A stretch of DNA of 64,000 bases from Bacteriovoracaceae bacterium (GCA_965217035.1 OZ244226.1:1718146-1782145), one strand, 5' to 3'. Positions 10,164 through 20,753 are shown, counted from the first letter of the stretch. Notes: a model not told the origin generated them from the letters alone. Numbers and translations: made by a program.

Positions 10164-11734
10164 TTTTAAGTCTATTATTACTTGCACCTCAAATCTGGGC
10201 ACAGTCATCTAAAACTTACTTCTCTTTCGGAGGAGGCTGTGGAAACAATGAGGGACTGACAAGATTAAAAGAAAACTTAGAAAACTCTGCACGCACCAAT
10301 GGTTTTAATCTGTATTCATCTTTCCACCCAGGAAAAGGTCGAGAGACCAATGAAAGCGCCCCTGGAAATCGAAAACATTTTGAAGCCCAGTTAGATAAAG
10401 CGATTAAAGATTTTGAGTCCAAAGACTGTTCGGTAGAAGACTGTCAGTTTGTTATTAATTTGACGGCTCATGGTTATCCTGCGGATAACAGAGAAATGAA
10501 AACCTATGGGTTTCCACGTTTTGAAACTAAAAAGCATGCTCTTTGTCTTGCTAATGAGACACCTTATAAAACAGAAAATTTAAGACCTTATTTAGAGATA
10601 CTTAAAAAAATGAGAGTCAAAATTGGTGTGATTGATGAAAGCTGTTATGGGGGACATTCAGCAAAACTTTTTGGAGATCTTGCCTGTACGTTAACATCAA
10701 CGTCATCAATTATTCCTCACTCTGTGACACATGGTTCAGCAAGCTTTAGCACTAGTCATGCTGCCCTGTCTGAAGATGGAACTAAGCCGGTCTCGATGGA
10801 ACGGTTAATGATTAACCAGTTATTAAATATGTCGAATTATGGGGCCGTTAACAATCTTCCGATGGTTTCTATGCCATCGCAGTCGAAAAGCTTGGATTCT
10901 CTCAATCATTTATCAGACGTTCTTTCTTATATGCAGGGGGCGGGTTTTACTCAGAAAGTAATAAGAAGGTTACCTTCTCTTTCAGTCGGTGAGTTTAGAA
11001 ATTTAATGTTTAAATGCTCTGAGTTTTATAAAAAAGCTAGAGGCAAGCCCGTTGAAGTACTTGAGCAAGAGGAATGGTATCAAGATTTTGTTACTGATAG
11101 TTTTCAACATGGATTTTGTCGGAAAATTAATTTCAATAAAAATCATGCTGTTAAGTATGATGGCCTTGTTTGGAACGAGAAAGAAAAAAATATTTATAGA
11201 GAGGGGTTAATCTGTGAAAGGAAATATTTTGGATCAATGAAAGCGATTGAAAATATCTCTGATAGTTTTCTCGGGTTTGTTGATCAAGTTGTTCATGAGC
11301 GAGAAAAACCAATGGGTAGCAAGAATTCAATAAATGCAGGAGAACTTAAAAAGTACATAAGTGGACTGAAGGCAAACCTTTCTTTTTACAATTTTAGCTG
11401 TAAGTTTGAGCCTCATAAGTTAATTAAACAAAGAAGAGCTGCTGGTATAGAAATGAATCTAAACCACCGATTCAAAAAAGAAGATGTTAAAAAGGCATTT
11501 CGCACAACTAATATTAGTGGTTTTATGAGTCACGATACCAATGATGTAGAGGTTTGCTATAAAAGGTGCAAAGCAACTATTAAAAATTTGAGAAGCTCTA
11601 AAAGTACAAGGTATGATCATATTGTTGCGAGCATGTGTCTCAATAAACTAAAAGCCTTTCAAATGATTATCGATAAAGTAAAAGAAGAGAAAAATAGATC
11701 AAATCGAAATCTTTGCTCTCAAATTTCAATCTGA
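10154..11734 (+). CDS. Secreted protein with putative clan CD (caspase/legumain-fold) cysteine peptidase domain
   Basis: Signal peptide. FVINLTAHG and KIGVIDESCYGG resemble the His-Gly and x-Cys dyad motifs at the ends of hydrophobic strands. Confidence 0.65.
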   Translation: MRIVLSLLLLAPQIWAQSSKTYFSFGGGCGNNEGLTRLKENLENSARTNGFNLYSSFHPGKGRETNESAPGNRKHFEAQLDKAIKDFESKDCSVEDCQFVINLTAHGYPADNREMKTYGFPRFETKKHALCLANETPYKTENLRPYLEILKKMRVKIGVIDESCYGGHSAKLFGDLACTLTSTSSIIPHSVTHGSASFSTSHAALSEDGTKPVSMERLMINQLLNMSNYGAVNNLPMVSMPSQSKSLDSLNHLSDVLSYMQGAGFTQKVIRRLPSLSVGEFRNLMFKCSEFYKKARGKPVEVLEQEEWYQDFVTDSFQHGFCRKINFNKNHAVKYDGLVWNEKEKNIYREGLICERKYFGSMKAIENISDSFLGFVDQVVHEREKPMGSKNSINAGELKKYISGLKANLSFYNFSCKFEPHKLIKQRRAAGIEMNLNHRFKKEDVKKAFRTTNISGFMSHDTNDVEVCYKRCKATIKNLRSSKSTRYDHIVASMCLNKLKAFQMIIDKVKEEKNRSNRNLCSQISI

Positions 11735-11826
11735 TCTTTATTTCGATTTATTTTTCTCCACTTTCTAAACCGACGATAGATAATGAAGTTAATAGGACTT
11801 TCGATCATACACTCGCTGGTCCTTTT

Positions 11827-11859
11827 GAGGGAGTCCTCTTTGGACTCCTCTCTTTTTTT
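11827..11859 (+). terminator. Intrinsic terminator
   Basis: gagggagtcc-tcttt-ggactcctctc followed by a T-run. Confidence 0.6.
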
Positions 11860-11875
11860 ATATTATAACAAATCC

Positions 11876-12526
11876 ATGACCACCGAATTTGAAGAAGAGT
11901 ATTGGAAGACTAATTACAGCGAACTCGAGGAAATGGATTGTATTGGTAATGTGAAAGAGCATGCGAATTACATCAAAGCTTTATTCGAACTCGAACAAAT
12001 TGAGATTAACTCGATAGCAGACTTTGGTTATGGAACAGGTCATCTTTTTAAGGAAGTTCTTCAGATTTATAAACCTTATAAAGCTTATGGTTTAGAACCT
12101 TCAAAATATATGTTTGAGAGATCTTCAGTAGTAGATTTTAGGCCAGTCTCTTCAACAAATCTTAAACTTGAAAATATTGATCTTCTTACTTGGACTAAGA
12201 GTCAAAAACAGAAAAGAAAATCTTATGATCTTGGGCTTTGTAACTCGGTCTTTCAATATATTTCTTCTGAGGATCTTGAAGAGATTATTCCTGTTCTTTC
12301 TAAATCAGTGAAGTATCTTTATTTAACAGTACCAACAGATAAAGAACTCAAACTTCAAAGAGAAGATCTTGGTTTTAACGATACTTATTCAATAAAACGC
12401 TCTCGAAAAAAATATAAAAAGTTGATTAAACCACATTTTACCTTTCTTTCTTCACGTTTATTGGAAAGTAAGTATCATTTCGATGAAAGTAATACGCAAT
12501 TTCAAGATTTATTATATCGTTTTTAG
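11876..12526 (+). CDS. Class I SAM-dependent methyltransferase
   Basis: Motif I IADFGYGTG, YGLEPS, YDLGLCNSVFQY. Start moved to ATG 11876 because the longer ORF runs through a terminator. Confidence 0.85.
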   Translation: MTTEFEEEYWKTNYSELEEMDCIGNVKEHANYIKALFELEQIEINSIADFGYGTGHLFKEVLQIYKPYKAYGLEPSKYMFERSSVVDFRPVSSTNLKLENIDLLTWTKSQKQKRKSYDLGLCNSVFQYISSEDLEEIIPVLSKSVKYLYLTVPTDKELKLQREDLGFNDTYSIKRSRKKYKKLIKPHFTFLSSRLLESKYHFDESNTQFQDLLYRF

Positions 12527-12538
12527 TACGATTGAAGG

Positions 12539-14545
12539 ATGAAATACCCTAATTCTTTTCAACCTCTCGATGTTCATGGTGTTACTTTAAAAAATCGTTA
12601 TATTATGGGATCGATGCATACTGGCCTTGAAGATAAAAATGATGGATATATTCGTCTTGCTCGTTATTTCGAAGAGCGAGCCAAGGGTGGGGTAGGGCTT
12701 ATTATTACAGGTGGTTATTCTCCAAATTTAAGAGGACGCCTTTCTCCTTTTGCCTGCCAATTATCAAATCGATTTCAGTTGAGAAAACACAGAAGAATTA
12801 CTGAAACCGTTCATAAGTATAATGCAAAAATTTGTTTGCAACTTCTTCATGCGGGGAGATATTCTTATCACCCCTTCTCTGTAGCTCCTTCAAAAATAAA
12901 ATCTCCTATTACTCCTTTTACTCCGAGTGCTCTCTCCTCAAGAGGAGTTAAAGGAATAATTAATGATTTTGCAAAGAGTGCAAAGCTTGCAATGGAGGCT
13001 GGTTATGACGGTGTCGAGATTATGGGGTCAGAAGGTTATCTTATTAACCAATTTATTGTGAAGCGAACCAATCAAAGGACAGATAAATGGGGAGGAAGTT
13101 ATGAAAATAGAATTCGATTTCCTCTAGAGATTATTAAAAGAGTTCGTGAAAAAACGTCTGATAAATTTTTAATTATCTATCGACTTTCCATGCTTGATCT
13201 TGTTGAGCATGGTTCTTCGCCGGAAGAAGTTGTTCACTTGGCTAAGGAAGTAGAAAAAGTAGGAGCTTCTTTAATTAATACTGGAATTGGTTGGCATGAG
13301 GCTAGAGTCCCTACAATTGCAACGAATGTTCCTCGTGCTGCTTTTAGTTTTGTAACAGAATGGGTGAAGAAAGAGGTCTCTATTCCTTGCATTGCTGCCA
13401 ATCGCTTTAACAATCCTGAAGATATTGAGCAAGTCATAACTGAAGGGAAGGCGGACTTTGTTTCTATGGCGAGACCTTTTTTAGCGGATCCTGATTTTGT
13501 TAATAAGGCTCAAAAAGAACAAGCCGAGGAAATCAATACTTGTATTGGTTGTAATCAAGCTTGTCTAGATCATATCTTTTCAAGCAAAATCGCAAGCTGT
13601 TTGGTTAATCCGAAAGCTTGCTTTGAAGGGGATTATGATAAAAAATCTGTAAAACCTCAAAAAATACTAGTCATTGGAGCTGGTCCTGCGGGATTAGCGA
13701 CGGCCTTAGAAGCGAAAAAATTAGGCCATGAAGTTATTCTTTTTGATAAGGCTTTAGAGATTGGTGGTCAATTTAATTTGGCGAAGAAAATTCCGGGAAA
13801 AGAAGAGTTTTATGAAACTCTTCGATACTTCAATGTTCAACTTAAAAAATATGAGGTGGATATAAGGTTAAATATTGAAGTGAATTTAGAGCTTGTAAAA
13901 TCAGAGAACCCCGATCATGTTGTTTTTTGCACGGGGGTAGTTCCGAGAAAAATGAATATCCCAGGAGAAAATTTACCTCATGTTATTTCTTACCTCGATT
14001 TTCTAAAAAACGATAAAGAAGTTGGAAAAGATATCGCTATCGTGGGTTCAGGAGGAATAGGTTTTGATGTTGCTCAATATCTTTATGAAAAAGGAAAAGA
14101 AAAACCATTTTATGATTTTTGGGGAATTGATACAGAAGCTCAAAATATATCAGGCTTAAAAAAGTCTCTAAGTAAACAGAGTGAGAGAAAAGTTTATCTC
14201 CTTCAAAGGTCTGAGGAAAAAGTTGGATCAAAACTTGGAAAAACAACAGGATGGGTTCATCGACTCTCACTTAAGAAGTATGGAATGCAAACTCTTGTCG
14301 GTGTTCAATATAAAGAGATTAAAAACGAAGGACTGGTCATTGAGCATGAAGGCGAGGAGAAAACTTTAAGAGTTGATAATATTTTGGTTTGTGCGGGACA
14401 GGTTGAACAAACTTCTTTTTATGAAGAAGCAAAAAATTTTTTAGGTGAAGAGAAGGTGCATTTAATTGGTGGGGCTCGCTTTACTCCAGGTCTTGATGCA
14501 AAACGAGCCTTTAAAGAAGGAATTGATCTTATTTATCAAATTTAA
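12539..14545 (+). CDS. fadH: NADPH-dependent 2,4-dienoyl-CoA reductase
   Basis: MGSMHTGLE, GVEIMGSEGYLINQF, TGIGWHEARVPTIAT, Fe-S motif CIGCNQAC...C, GAGPAG, LGKTTGWVHR. Confidence 0.95.
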   Translation: MKYPNSFQPLDVHGVTLKNRYIMGSMHTGLEDKNDGYIRLARYFEERAKGGVGLIITGGYSPNLRGRLSPFACQLSNRFQLRKHRRITETVHKYNAKICLQLLHAGRYSYHPFSVAPSKIKSPITPFTPSALSSRGVKGIINDFAKSAKLAMEAGYDGVEIMGSEGYLINQFIVKRTNQRTDKWGGSYENRIRFPLEIIKRVREKTSDKFLIIYRLSMLDLVEHGSSPEEVVHLAKEVEKVGASLINTGIGWHEARVPTIATNVPRAAFSFVTEWVKKEVSIPCIAANRFNNPEDIEQVITEGKADFVSMARPFLADPDFVNKAQKEQAEEINTCIGCNQACLDHIFSSKIASCLVNPKACFEGDYDKKSVKPQKILVIGAGPAGLATALEAKKLGHEVILFDKALEIGGQFNLAKKIPGKEEFYETLRYFNVQLKKYEVDIRLNIEVNLELVKSENPDHVVFCTGVVPRKMNIPGENLPHVISYLDFLKNDKEVGKDIAIVGSGGIGFDVAQYLYEKGKEKPFYDFWGIDTEAQNISGLKKSLSKQSERKVYLLQRSEEKVGSKLGKTTGWVHRLSLKKYGMQTLVGVQYKEIKNEGLVIEHEGEEKTLRVDNILVCAGQVEQTSFYEEAKNFLGEEKVHLIGGARFTPGLDAKRAFKEGIDLIYQI

Positions 14546-14560
14546 AATAACCCCTATTTA

Positions 14561-15133
14561 TTATTGAATAATATCCAAGAGTTCATTAAAAACGATAAAA
14601 GATTTTTTTCCTTGAAAGTACCAAGTATCATTAGGAAAAATCGGAGGATTTTGATTAATATTTCCAACAATTTCGCTACTTGAGATTACTTCAAAACCAG
14701 CCTCCATTGCACCCTCTGCAGTTCCCCTTACACAATACTGACCATTGATTCCAGCGACAATAACGGTATCAACTTTCCATTGTTTAAGTGTTTCAATCGC
14801 TTCCTCACGACTTATTCCTGTAAATCCATTATCATAGTTTTTTGTGAGAATTTTTGAAATATTACCTTCTATCGCTTCTATGAGTCGAATATCTGTTTCT
14901 TTATAATTTCTATATTCAAAGACCAAGACTGGAATGCCTTCTTGCTTTGCCCAATCAAGAAGCTTTACTTGATTGGCGACAAGATTTTCAAGCCCTTCAG
15001 TGCCTGTCACTCCACCTCTTTCATAAAAACCATATTGCATATCAATTAAAATGACAGCAAGACCTTGGTTATTAAGAGCTTGGGCAAAACTTGAGAGACT
15101 AAAGAGCAGAAATAAAATAGATATAAATTTCAT
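14561..15133 (-). CDS. Isochorismatase-family cysteine hydrolase with signal peptide
   Basis: Triad IDMQ (Asp), TKNYDNGF (Lys), AGINGQYCV (Cys). N-terminus MKFISILFLLFSLSSFA. Confidence 0.85.
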   Translation of the reverse strand: MKFISILFLLFSLSSFAQALNNQGLAVILIDMQYGFYERGGVTGTEGLENLVANQVKLLDWAKQEGIPVLVFEYRNYKETDIRLIEAIEGNISKILTKNYDNGFTGISREEAIETLKQWKVDTVIVAGINGQYCVRGTAEGAMEAGFEVISSSEIVGNINQNPPIFPNDTWYFQGKKSFIVFNELLDIIQ

Positions 15134-15228
15134 ATTTTTCCTTTGGTTAAATGGATAAGACTTTGTATAAAATGCGAAATGAATGAACTAGAAGCTTGGT
15201 GTTAAAGTCTGTAATTTTTACAAGGAAA

Positions 15229-16590
15229 TTAAAGTTCGTGAGGCAGTGACCTTCTAGAAGGTCTGAAATAGGTTCTTGGAGAATAATCTAAGAGATCACT
15301 TACTTTTGACATGTAAACGCACGCGTATTTTTCAACCTGACTCGCGAAACGCGAGGGTGTCTGGCCAGAGCGCATCACTTCACCCCAGTAAGGGTTAAAA
15401 AGTTTATGGTATTGAATAATAAGCTGGCTTAATTGTTCATCTAGTTTTTTTATATTCTGTATGTGGTTTTCCTTCTCTTCCTCAGAAACGTTTTGATTGA
15501 ATTCGAATTCCGAGACATAGAATTCTTCCAAGATTTTTTCAAGATTGATCTTTTCTTGCATGAGCGCTTCGATTTCATCGTTGATTTTTCTTCCTTCTTT
15601 GATGCTCGATACTTCTTGTACCAATTCTTCAATGACAAGGGCAGTCCTCCAGTTACAAGTTTTTTTTAAACTTAAAATGTCACCATAAATATGATCGCCA
15701 AGATAGAGAATTTGATCGCCACTACAGCCTAATTCATCTTGAAGAGCTTGAGCATTCCCACTTTGGAAAACACCTTTAGTAAAAGGCCCATCGGAGTTGC
15801 TCATTAACCCTGTTTCGGTATCAATTTTTAAGAAACGGTTGTGATACATAAAAAATGAAGGTTTTGAAGAGCTTGTCACAACTAAGTCAAAAAGGTCTTC
15901 CCAATTTTTATGCTCTTTTAAGAAGGGATCTATTGTGTATTCTAAGAGAACCTTTGTGTAGGCAAAATCGGAATTTGTTATTAACCAAAGCTTTTTCCCG
16001 TACTTTTTAAAGCGCTCCAACATTTTAGGAGTGTCTTGGTCTTGAATAATATATTTTTCAAGATTATTGCGAACTGCTGATTTTAAACTATCATCACGAT
16101 GAGAAATATCAAGGGCCCAAAGAGCATCTTCTTCTATTTGTGGATAGCTAGGAAGTTCATTTGGGAATTGATCCTTAAGATCGACGAGTTGGCAAAACAT
16201 GGCTCCATAAGCAATTGAGAAAGTTGTATCAATAGAGGAATATCTATCTTCGCTGAGGTCTACAGAGTGTGCTCGGTAAAGAGCTTGTTGTTTTTTAAAC
16301 TCAAGTTGCTTGGTGCCATGAAAGGTTGTTTTAATTCTTCCATGTGCATCTAGTTTAATGAGATTTCCTTCCTCTCGGTCAACAGTAAGGCCACGAATAG
16401 TTTGATTGATATCAAACTTAAGATTCTTAATTTTTTCAGGATAACCTCGTGTGAGAAGTTTTTTTATCATTTCGTCGTAGGTGAGTTGCTCAAATGCTTT
16501 ATGTTGGTAGCGGACAAGAGTGTAGTCCATATCAAAACCGATGGCTTTAATAGACTTAAGATTTAAAGTACGGTTTACAAAGATCGTCAT
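15229..16590 (-). CDS. HAD-IG family 5'-nucleotidase (cN-II-like)
   Basis: IFVNR.L.L..I.AIGFDMDYTL, LITNS, KP.FF, LYLGDHIYGDI. Confidence 0.93.
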   Translation of the reverse strand: MTIFVNRTLNLKSIKAIGFDMDYTLVRYQHKAFEQLTYDEMIKKLLTRGYPEKIKNLKFDINQTIRGLTVDREEGNLIKLDAHGRIKTTFHGTKQLEFKKQQALYRAHSVDLSEDRYSSIDTTFSIAYGAMFCQLVDLKDQFPNELPSYPQIEEDALWALDISHRDDSLKSAVRNNLEKYIIQDQDTPKMLERFKKYGKKLWLITNSDFAYTKVLLEYTIDPFLKEHKNWEDLFDLVVTSSSKPSFFMYHNRFLKIDTETGLMSNSDGPFTKGVFQSGNAQALQDELGCSGDQILYLGDHIYGDILSLKKTCNWRTALVIEELVQEVSSIKEGRKINDEIEALMQEKINLEKILEEFYVSEFEFNQNVSEEEKENHIQNIKKLDEQLSQLIIQYHKLFNPYWGEVMRSGQTPSRFASQVEKYACVYMSKVSDLLDYSPRTYFRPSRRSLPHEL

Positions 16591-16603
16591 AATGAAATGA
16601 TAT

Positions 16604-17680
16604 CTATTTCATTTCAATTAATCTAATTTCCTCGACTGGTTTATTGGTTTTTTCAATTTCAAAATTTATCCGACCAATTTCTCTATCGTCAGAAGAAAGA
16701 ATAAGTGTTCGCCAATCTCCTTCCATAATATTTTGTTTATAAGTGTAGCCTCTATAGCCAAGCTCACGGCCGCCAGAAATAGCGACACGAATATTATCAC
16801 TTTTCTGCCAGCCTTTTTTCGTATGGTATTGCCATTGAATCATAACGTGATCTTCAAATTTTGATGGCGAGAAAATTGAAAAGAAAAGATAAACTTTATC
16901 ACCTTGTCGATAGTAATATTTTTGATCGCCGTAATTCCAAAACTTCCAAATAGGGTTTTCTGTCGAAAGAACATAGGAATCATGCTTTTTTCCTATATCT
17001 CGATAAATTCCAATTTTCTTGATCGAAATGGGAACCGGTGGAATTAAGGAGAAAAGATAGAGTAAGGCAAATAAAGTAACAACTCCTAAGGGGATACCTA
17101 TCTGATCATACACGTCTTTCAGTGTTTCCTTTTTTATAAGGAAGTGAATGAGTAATAAGCAAGGAGTAATACTGACAATTAATGAAAACAGAAAAATGAA
17201 TGTTCCAACTGATTTAAAAAGAATAGGAAAAAGAAAAATAAAATAGGAGCTTAAACAAAGTTGAAAAAGACCAAGTCGAATAGGAGTGCCAAGTTTATGA
17301 AATTGAGGGAACTCGTTAATAACAAGAAGGCCAAAAATTAAGGCAATGAATAAAAAACTTGTGATAAGAGAGGCACTTAAAAAATAAAAAATCACATAAG
17401 CACTTAATAGACTCCCTGTTAGGAAATGATAAATTTCTTGATGATAGCCTAGGTATTTATCAAGCTTGGGATAATGTGGAGGGGGATCCTCGTTTTCTTT
17501 TCTAATTCTATAATAAAGAAGAAAGAGAAGAATGGCTAAATACAATGATTGTTGAATAAGATTGAAAGATTCATCGATTCGACCAAGGGTAAAGAGATCG
17601 AACAGAAAACCCGCAATAAAAATTAACCCGCCTTTATATTTGATTGCGAAGTCTCTTATTTGTTCTTGTTTGACTTTCAT
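16604..17680 (-). CDS. Multi-pass membrane protein, DUF2914-like C-terminal domain
   Basis: Several TM segments. C-terminal SGGRELGYRGYTYK..GDWR...GRI motif. Confidence 0.75.
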   Translation of the reverse strand: MKVKQEQIRDFAIKYKGGLIFIAGFLFDLFTLGRIDESFNLIQQSLYLAILLFLLYYRIRKENEDPPPHYPKLDKYLGYHQEIYHFLTGSLLSAYVIFYFLSASLITSFLFIALIFGLLVINEFPQFHKLGTPIRLGLFQLCLSSYFIFLFPILFKSVGTFIFLFSLIVSITPCLLLIHFLIKKETLKDVYDQIGIPLGVVTLFALLYLFSLIPPVPISIKKIGIYRDIGKKHDSYVLSTENPIWKFWNYGDQKYYYRQGDKVYLFFSIFSPSKFEDHVMIQWQYHTKKGWQKSDNIRVAISGGRELGYRGYTYKQNIMEGDWRTLILSSDDREIGRINFEIEKTNKPVEEIRLIEMK

Positions 17681-18450
17681 AAATTAATTTTAAGTTCTAG
17701 GGGGCAGTGATCTGAACCCATAACTTTTGGGAGATATTGACAGTCTTTAACTGTTTTTAAATCTTCATTGTTAATAAAGAAATAATCAATTCTCCATCCT
17801 ATATTTCTAGCGCGACAATCTCCTCGATAACTCCACCAACTATAAGCTCCTTCTTTTTGAGGATAAAGATTTCTAAAAACATCTGTATTTCCAGCTTTGG
17901 TGAATTTATCCATCCATTTTCTTTCTATCTCTAAAAAACCGGTGGTATTTTTGTTAGATTTTGGATTTTTTAAATCAATAGGGTGATGAGCGGTATTATA
18001 ATCACCGCAAACGATAACAGGTTTCTCGTATTTTTTACGAAGAGCTTTTACTTTACGACCAATGGCTGCACAATAATCGAGTTTATAAGGGACTCTTGAA
18101 TGATCGCGACTTCCATTAGGAAAATAGCAGTTTAATAAAATATAATTTTTAAAATGCGTGATAAGAGTTCTTCCTTCACTAGAGAAAATCTTTTTTGATA
18201 ACCCTTTTTCAATTGCGAGAGGCTTTTCCTTTGAAAGGGTTAATGTTCCTGAATAACCTTTCTTTTCAGCCGAAAAGAATTCAACATTATAACCCTTCAA
18301 ATTTAAAACTTCTTCAGGGATAACAGAAGGATCAGCTTTGATTTCTTGTAAACAAAGGACGTCAGGTTTGGACTTCTTTATGAAGTCTAAAAAACCTTTA
18401 CCCATAACAGCGCGTATTCCATTTACGTTCCAAGTGACTAACTTTTTCAT
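17677..18450 (-). CDS. xth: Exodeoxyribonuclease III / AP endonuclease
   Basis: TWNVNGIRA, LCLQEIK, CGDYNTAH, YSWWSYR, GWRIDY, GSDHCP. Confidence 0.95.
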   Translation of the reverse strand: MKKLVTWNVNGIRAVMGKGFLDFIKKSKPDVLCLQEIKADPSVIPEEVLNLKGYNVEFFSAEKKGYSGTLTLSKEKPLAIEKGLSKKIFSSEGRTLITHFKNYILLNCYFPNGSRDHSRVPYKLDYCAAIGRKVKALRKKYEKPVIVCGDYNTAHHPIDLKNPKSNKNTTGFLEIERKWMDKFTKAGNTDVFRNLYPQKEGAYSWWSYRGDCRARNIGWRIDYFFINNEDLKTVKDCQYLPKVMGSDHCPLELKINL

Positions 18451-18459
18451 GAGAGAATT

Positions 18460-19458
18460 CTAACGAATGTTAAGAAAAGGGAGAACTTCTTTTTTGATTT
18501 CTTCATCTGATTCGAGATCCTTGAGGATTGCCCAGATAGTAGAAGAACGATTATAGGCATTATCAGCGACATTGTACCCATCACGTTTTTCGATTCTTTT
18601 TCCGTTATTTCTAATTTTTACTTTAGCCTTTAATGCTTCCTGAGTGTTTATAGCAATAACACGGTCTTGATCATCAATTAAGGGGCCACCAGAGTTTCCG
18701 GGAACAATTGTTGCGTGATGAAGAACTTCGGAAAAAACCTTCTTGTCTGCAACTTTGGTTCTTTTACCAATAGGGCTTACTCCCTTTCCTTGAGAGGCTT
18801 GAATTCCGTAGCCTCCAGCATTTCCTATGGCGAGGAGATGAGATTCATTGTCGCTTATACTAAACTCTTTGGGATAGAGGGCTAAAGCGGGAACAAAATA
18901 AGAAATACTGAAATCTCTATTTCGTTTTCTAAGTTTACCTCTTATTTCTACTTCAACTCTTTTAGAAGATTTTTTTACCCTGATTAAGCAGTAATCAAGT
19001 GGTTTATTACATTTAATTTTTTTGTCACATTTGAATGTTCGTTTGTCTCCGAAGTCAGTAGAAACAGAAAACCCTGCACAACTGGCGTTTTGCCTGAATT
19101 CTCTGGAATAAACATGAAAGTTGGTAAGAATATAGTCGTCTCCAACCACAAAGGCTGTTCCGTCATAAACATCTTCTTCCGAAAATCCACTCGCTTCTTT
19201 TCGCTTAGCAGTTAACACTGATCTGCCCAAGCTTCTTTCTCGTTCAAATTCATCTTTTGAAATTTGGAAGGAATCACCTTTGGGGTGCACCATCCAGCCT
19301 CGGTGTTTAGTGTAAGCTCCTTTGACTTCTACGTAGTTTTGAAAATATTCAAATTTTTTAAATAAATAATGCAGGTTGTAAATTTCTTTGGAAGGATTTC
19401 GTGACGCTAATGAGTTTGTTGCTACTAGGGAGAGTGAAAAACAAAGAAGTTTAAACAT
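18460..19458 (-). CDS. Secreted trypsin-like serine protease (S1)
   Basis: Signal peptide. LTNFHV (His), LDYCLI (Asp), PGNSGGP (Ser). Confidence 0.88.
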   Translation of the reverse strand: MFKLLCFSLSLVATNSLASRNPSKEIYNLHYLFKKFEYFQNYVEVKGAYTKHRGWMVHPKGDSFQISKDEFERERSLGRSVLTAKRKEASGFSEEDVYDGTAFVVGDDYILTNFHVYSREFRQNASCAGFSVSTDFGDKRTFKCDKKIKCNKPLDYCLIRVKKSSKRVEVEIRGKLRKRNRDFSISYFVPALALYPKEFSISDNESHLLAIGNAGGYGIQASQGKGVSPIGKRTKVADKKVFSEVLHHATIVPGNSGGPLIDDQDRVIAINTQEALKAKVKIRNNGKRIEKRDGYNVADNAYNRSSTIWAILKDLESDEEIKKEVLPFLNIR

Positions 19459-19648
19459 AGACTTGAGATATCAGTTTCGAGTTGAAATAGAAAAAGTAAA
19501 AATAAAACCCATGGAGAAAAGTAAGATGCGTTGCGTCTGGGCTATCTTGAAGTCAACTTATTTTTTTGTCGCCTTTCTAAAACGAGCAGTGTATATGTGT
19601 AGGTTCATTTAGTGGCAATTTTTCGTCATTTTACGATGGGGGGCAGAC

Positions 19649-20047
19649 TTGAGTTCAAATTCAGCCGTGAACAAGACCGGACAAAAGTGGATCAATACAA
19701 GTGTTACAATTGCATGTATTGTCTTGGCTTATGTAATGCTTCGTTTTTTTAACCAGCTTGGAGAGTGGTTTGAATTAGAAGCAAAAATTTCTCAGTTTAT
19801 TCCTATTACTCAAGGTCTTTCTGCAGTAATTGGCTTAGTCACTTTTATTGTTATTCAGAAGCATCCATTTACTTCTAGCTATTTGAGAGAATGCTATGAG
19901 GAGATGGCTAAAGTGGTTTTTCCTGATAAAAACGAAACAATGAGCATGTCGATTAAAGTTATGATTCTCGTAACAATTATTGGATTTGTTCTTGGTGTTT
20001 TTGATCTTGGTGCAAGTTACTTAATTAGCACACTGACAGCTTTATAA
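19649..20047 (+). CDS. secE: Preprotein translocase subunit SecE (3-TM form)
   Basis: EMAKVVFPDKNET motif followed by a TM helix. Directly upstream of nusG. TTG start. Confidence 0.9.
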   Translation: MSSNSAVNKTGQKWINTSVTIACIVLAYVMLRFFNQLGEWFELEAKISQFIPITQGLSAVIGLVTFIVIQKHPFTSSYLRECYEEMAKVVFPDKNETMSMSIKVMILVTIIGFVLGVFDLGASYLISTLTAL

Positions 20048-20060
20048 TAAGGTTTTAAAT

Positions 20061-20753
20061 ATGAGTGAAAACGAAAATAACACAGAGGCATCAACTGAAG
20101 AAGTAGCTCTTGAAGAGACTACTGAAGCTGCTACCAGTGAAGAAGCGGAGGTTGCTGAGGAAGACTCGGCGGCTCAGACTGCTCACGAAGTGAAAACTGG
20201 CCAGCTCGCTAAAGGCGAGGGTGGGCAGTTTAAGTGGTATGTTGTTCATGTTCTTAGCGGTTTTGAGAATAGAGTTAAACAAACTCTGACTGATCGCATT
20301 GTTAACCATAAGCTTACCGAGTATTTTTCTGAAATTTTTATGCCTGAAGAGGAAGTGACTTCCCAAGTAAAGGGTAAAAAGAGAACAATGAAGAAAAAGT
20401 TTTTCCCTGGCTATCTATTGATAAAGATGGTCATGAATGATAAAACCTGGCACCTAGTCAAGAATACGGACAAAATTACGGGTTTCGTAAGTGGAGATAG
20501 CCTCAAGCCATCGCCTATTACGGAAGACGAAGCGAAGTTCCTTCTTGGTCAGGCAGCTGAAGGATTCAAGCAGACTCGAACAGTTAGTAATTTTGCTGAA
20601 GGTGATTCAGTTAAAGTTATTGAAGGACCGTTTGCTTCTTTTGTTGGGACAGTTGAGAACGTTAACGATAAAGGAAAACTTAAAGTTAATGTTTCGATCT
20701 TTGGTAGACCAACACCAGTTGAATTGGATACTTCACAGGTTGAAAAAGTTTAA
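20061..20753 (+). CDS. nusG: Transcription termination/antitermination factor NusG
   Basis: [42 protein letters not shown]. Confidence 0.97.
   Translation: MSENENNTEASTEEVALEETTEAATSEEAEVAEEDSAAQTAHEVKTGQLAKGEGGQFKWYVVHVLSGFENRVKQTLTDRIVNHKLTEYFSEIFMPEEEVTSQVKGKKRTMKKKFFPGYLLIKMVMNDKTWHLVKNTDKITGFVSGDSLKPSPITEDEAKFLLGQAAEGFKQTRTVSNFAEGDSVKVIEGPFASFVGTVENVNDKGKLKVNVSIFGRPTPVELDTSQVEKV

Noticed and set aside
11783..11875. N-terminal extension of the methyltransferase
   Set aside because: Spans a terminator hairpin and promoter-like elements. ATG 11876 is the better start.
19388..19612. 74-aa ORF upstream of secE as possible rpmG
   Set aside because: No L33 similarity, and it overlaps the protease gene on the opposite strand.
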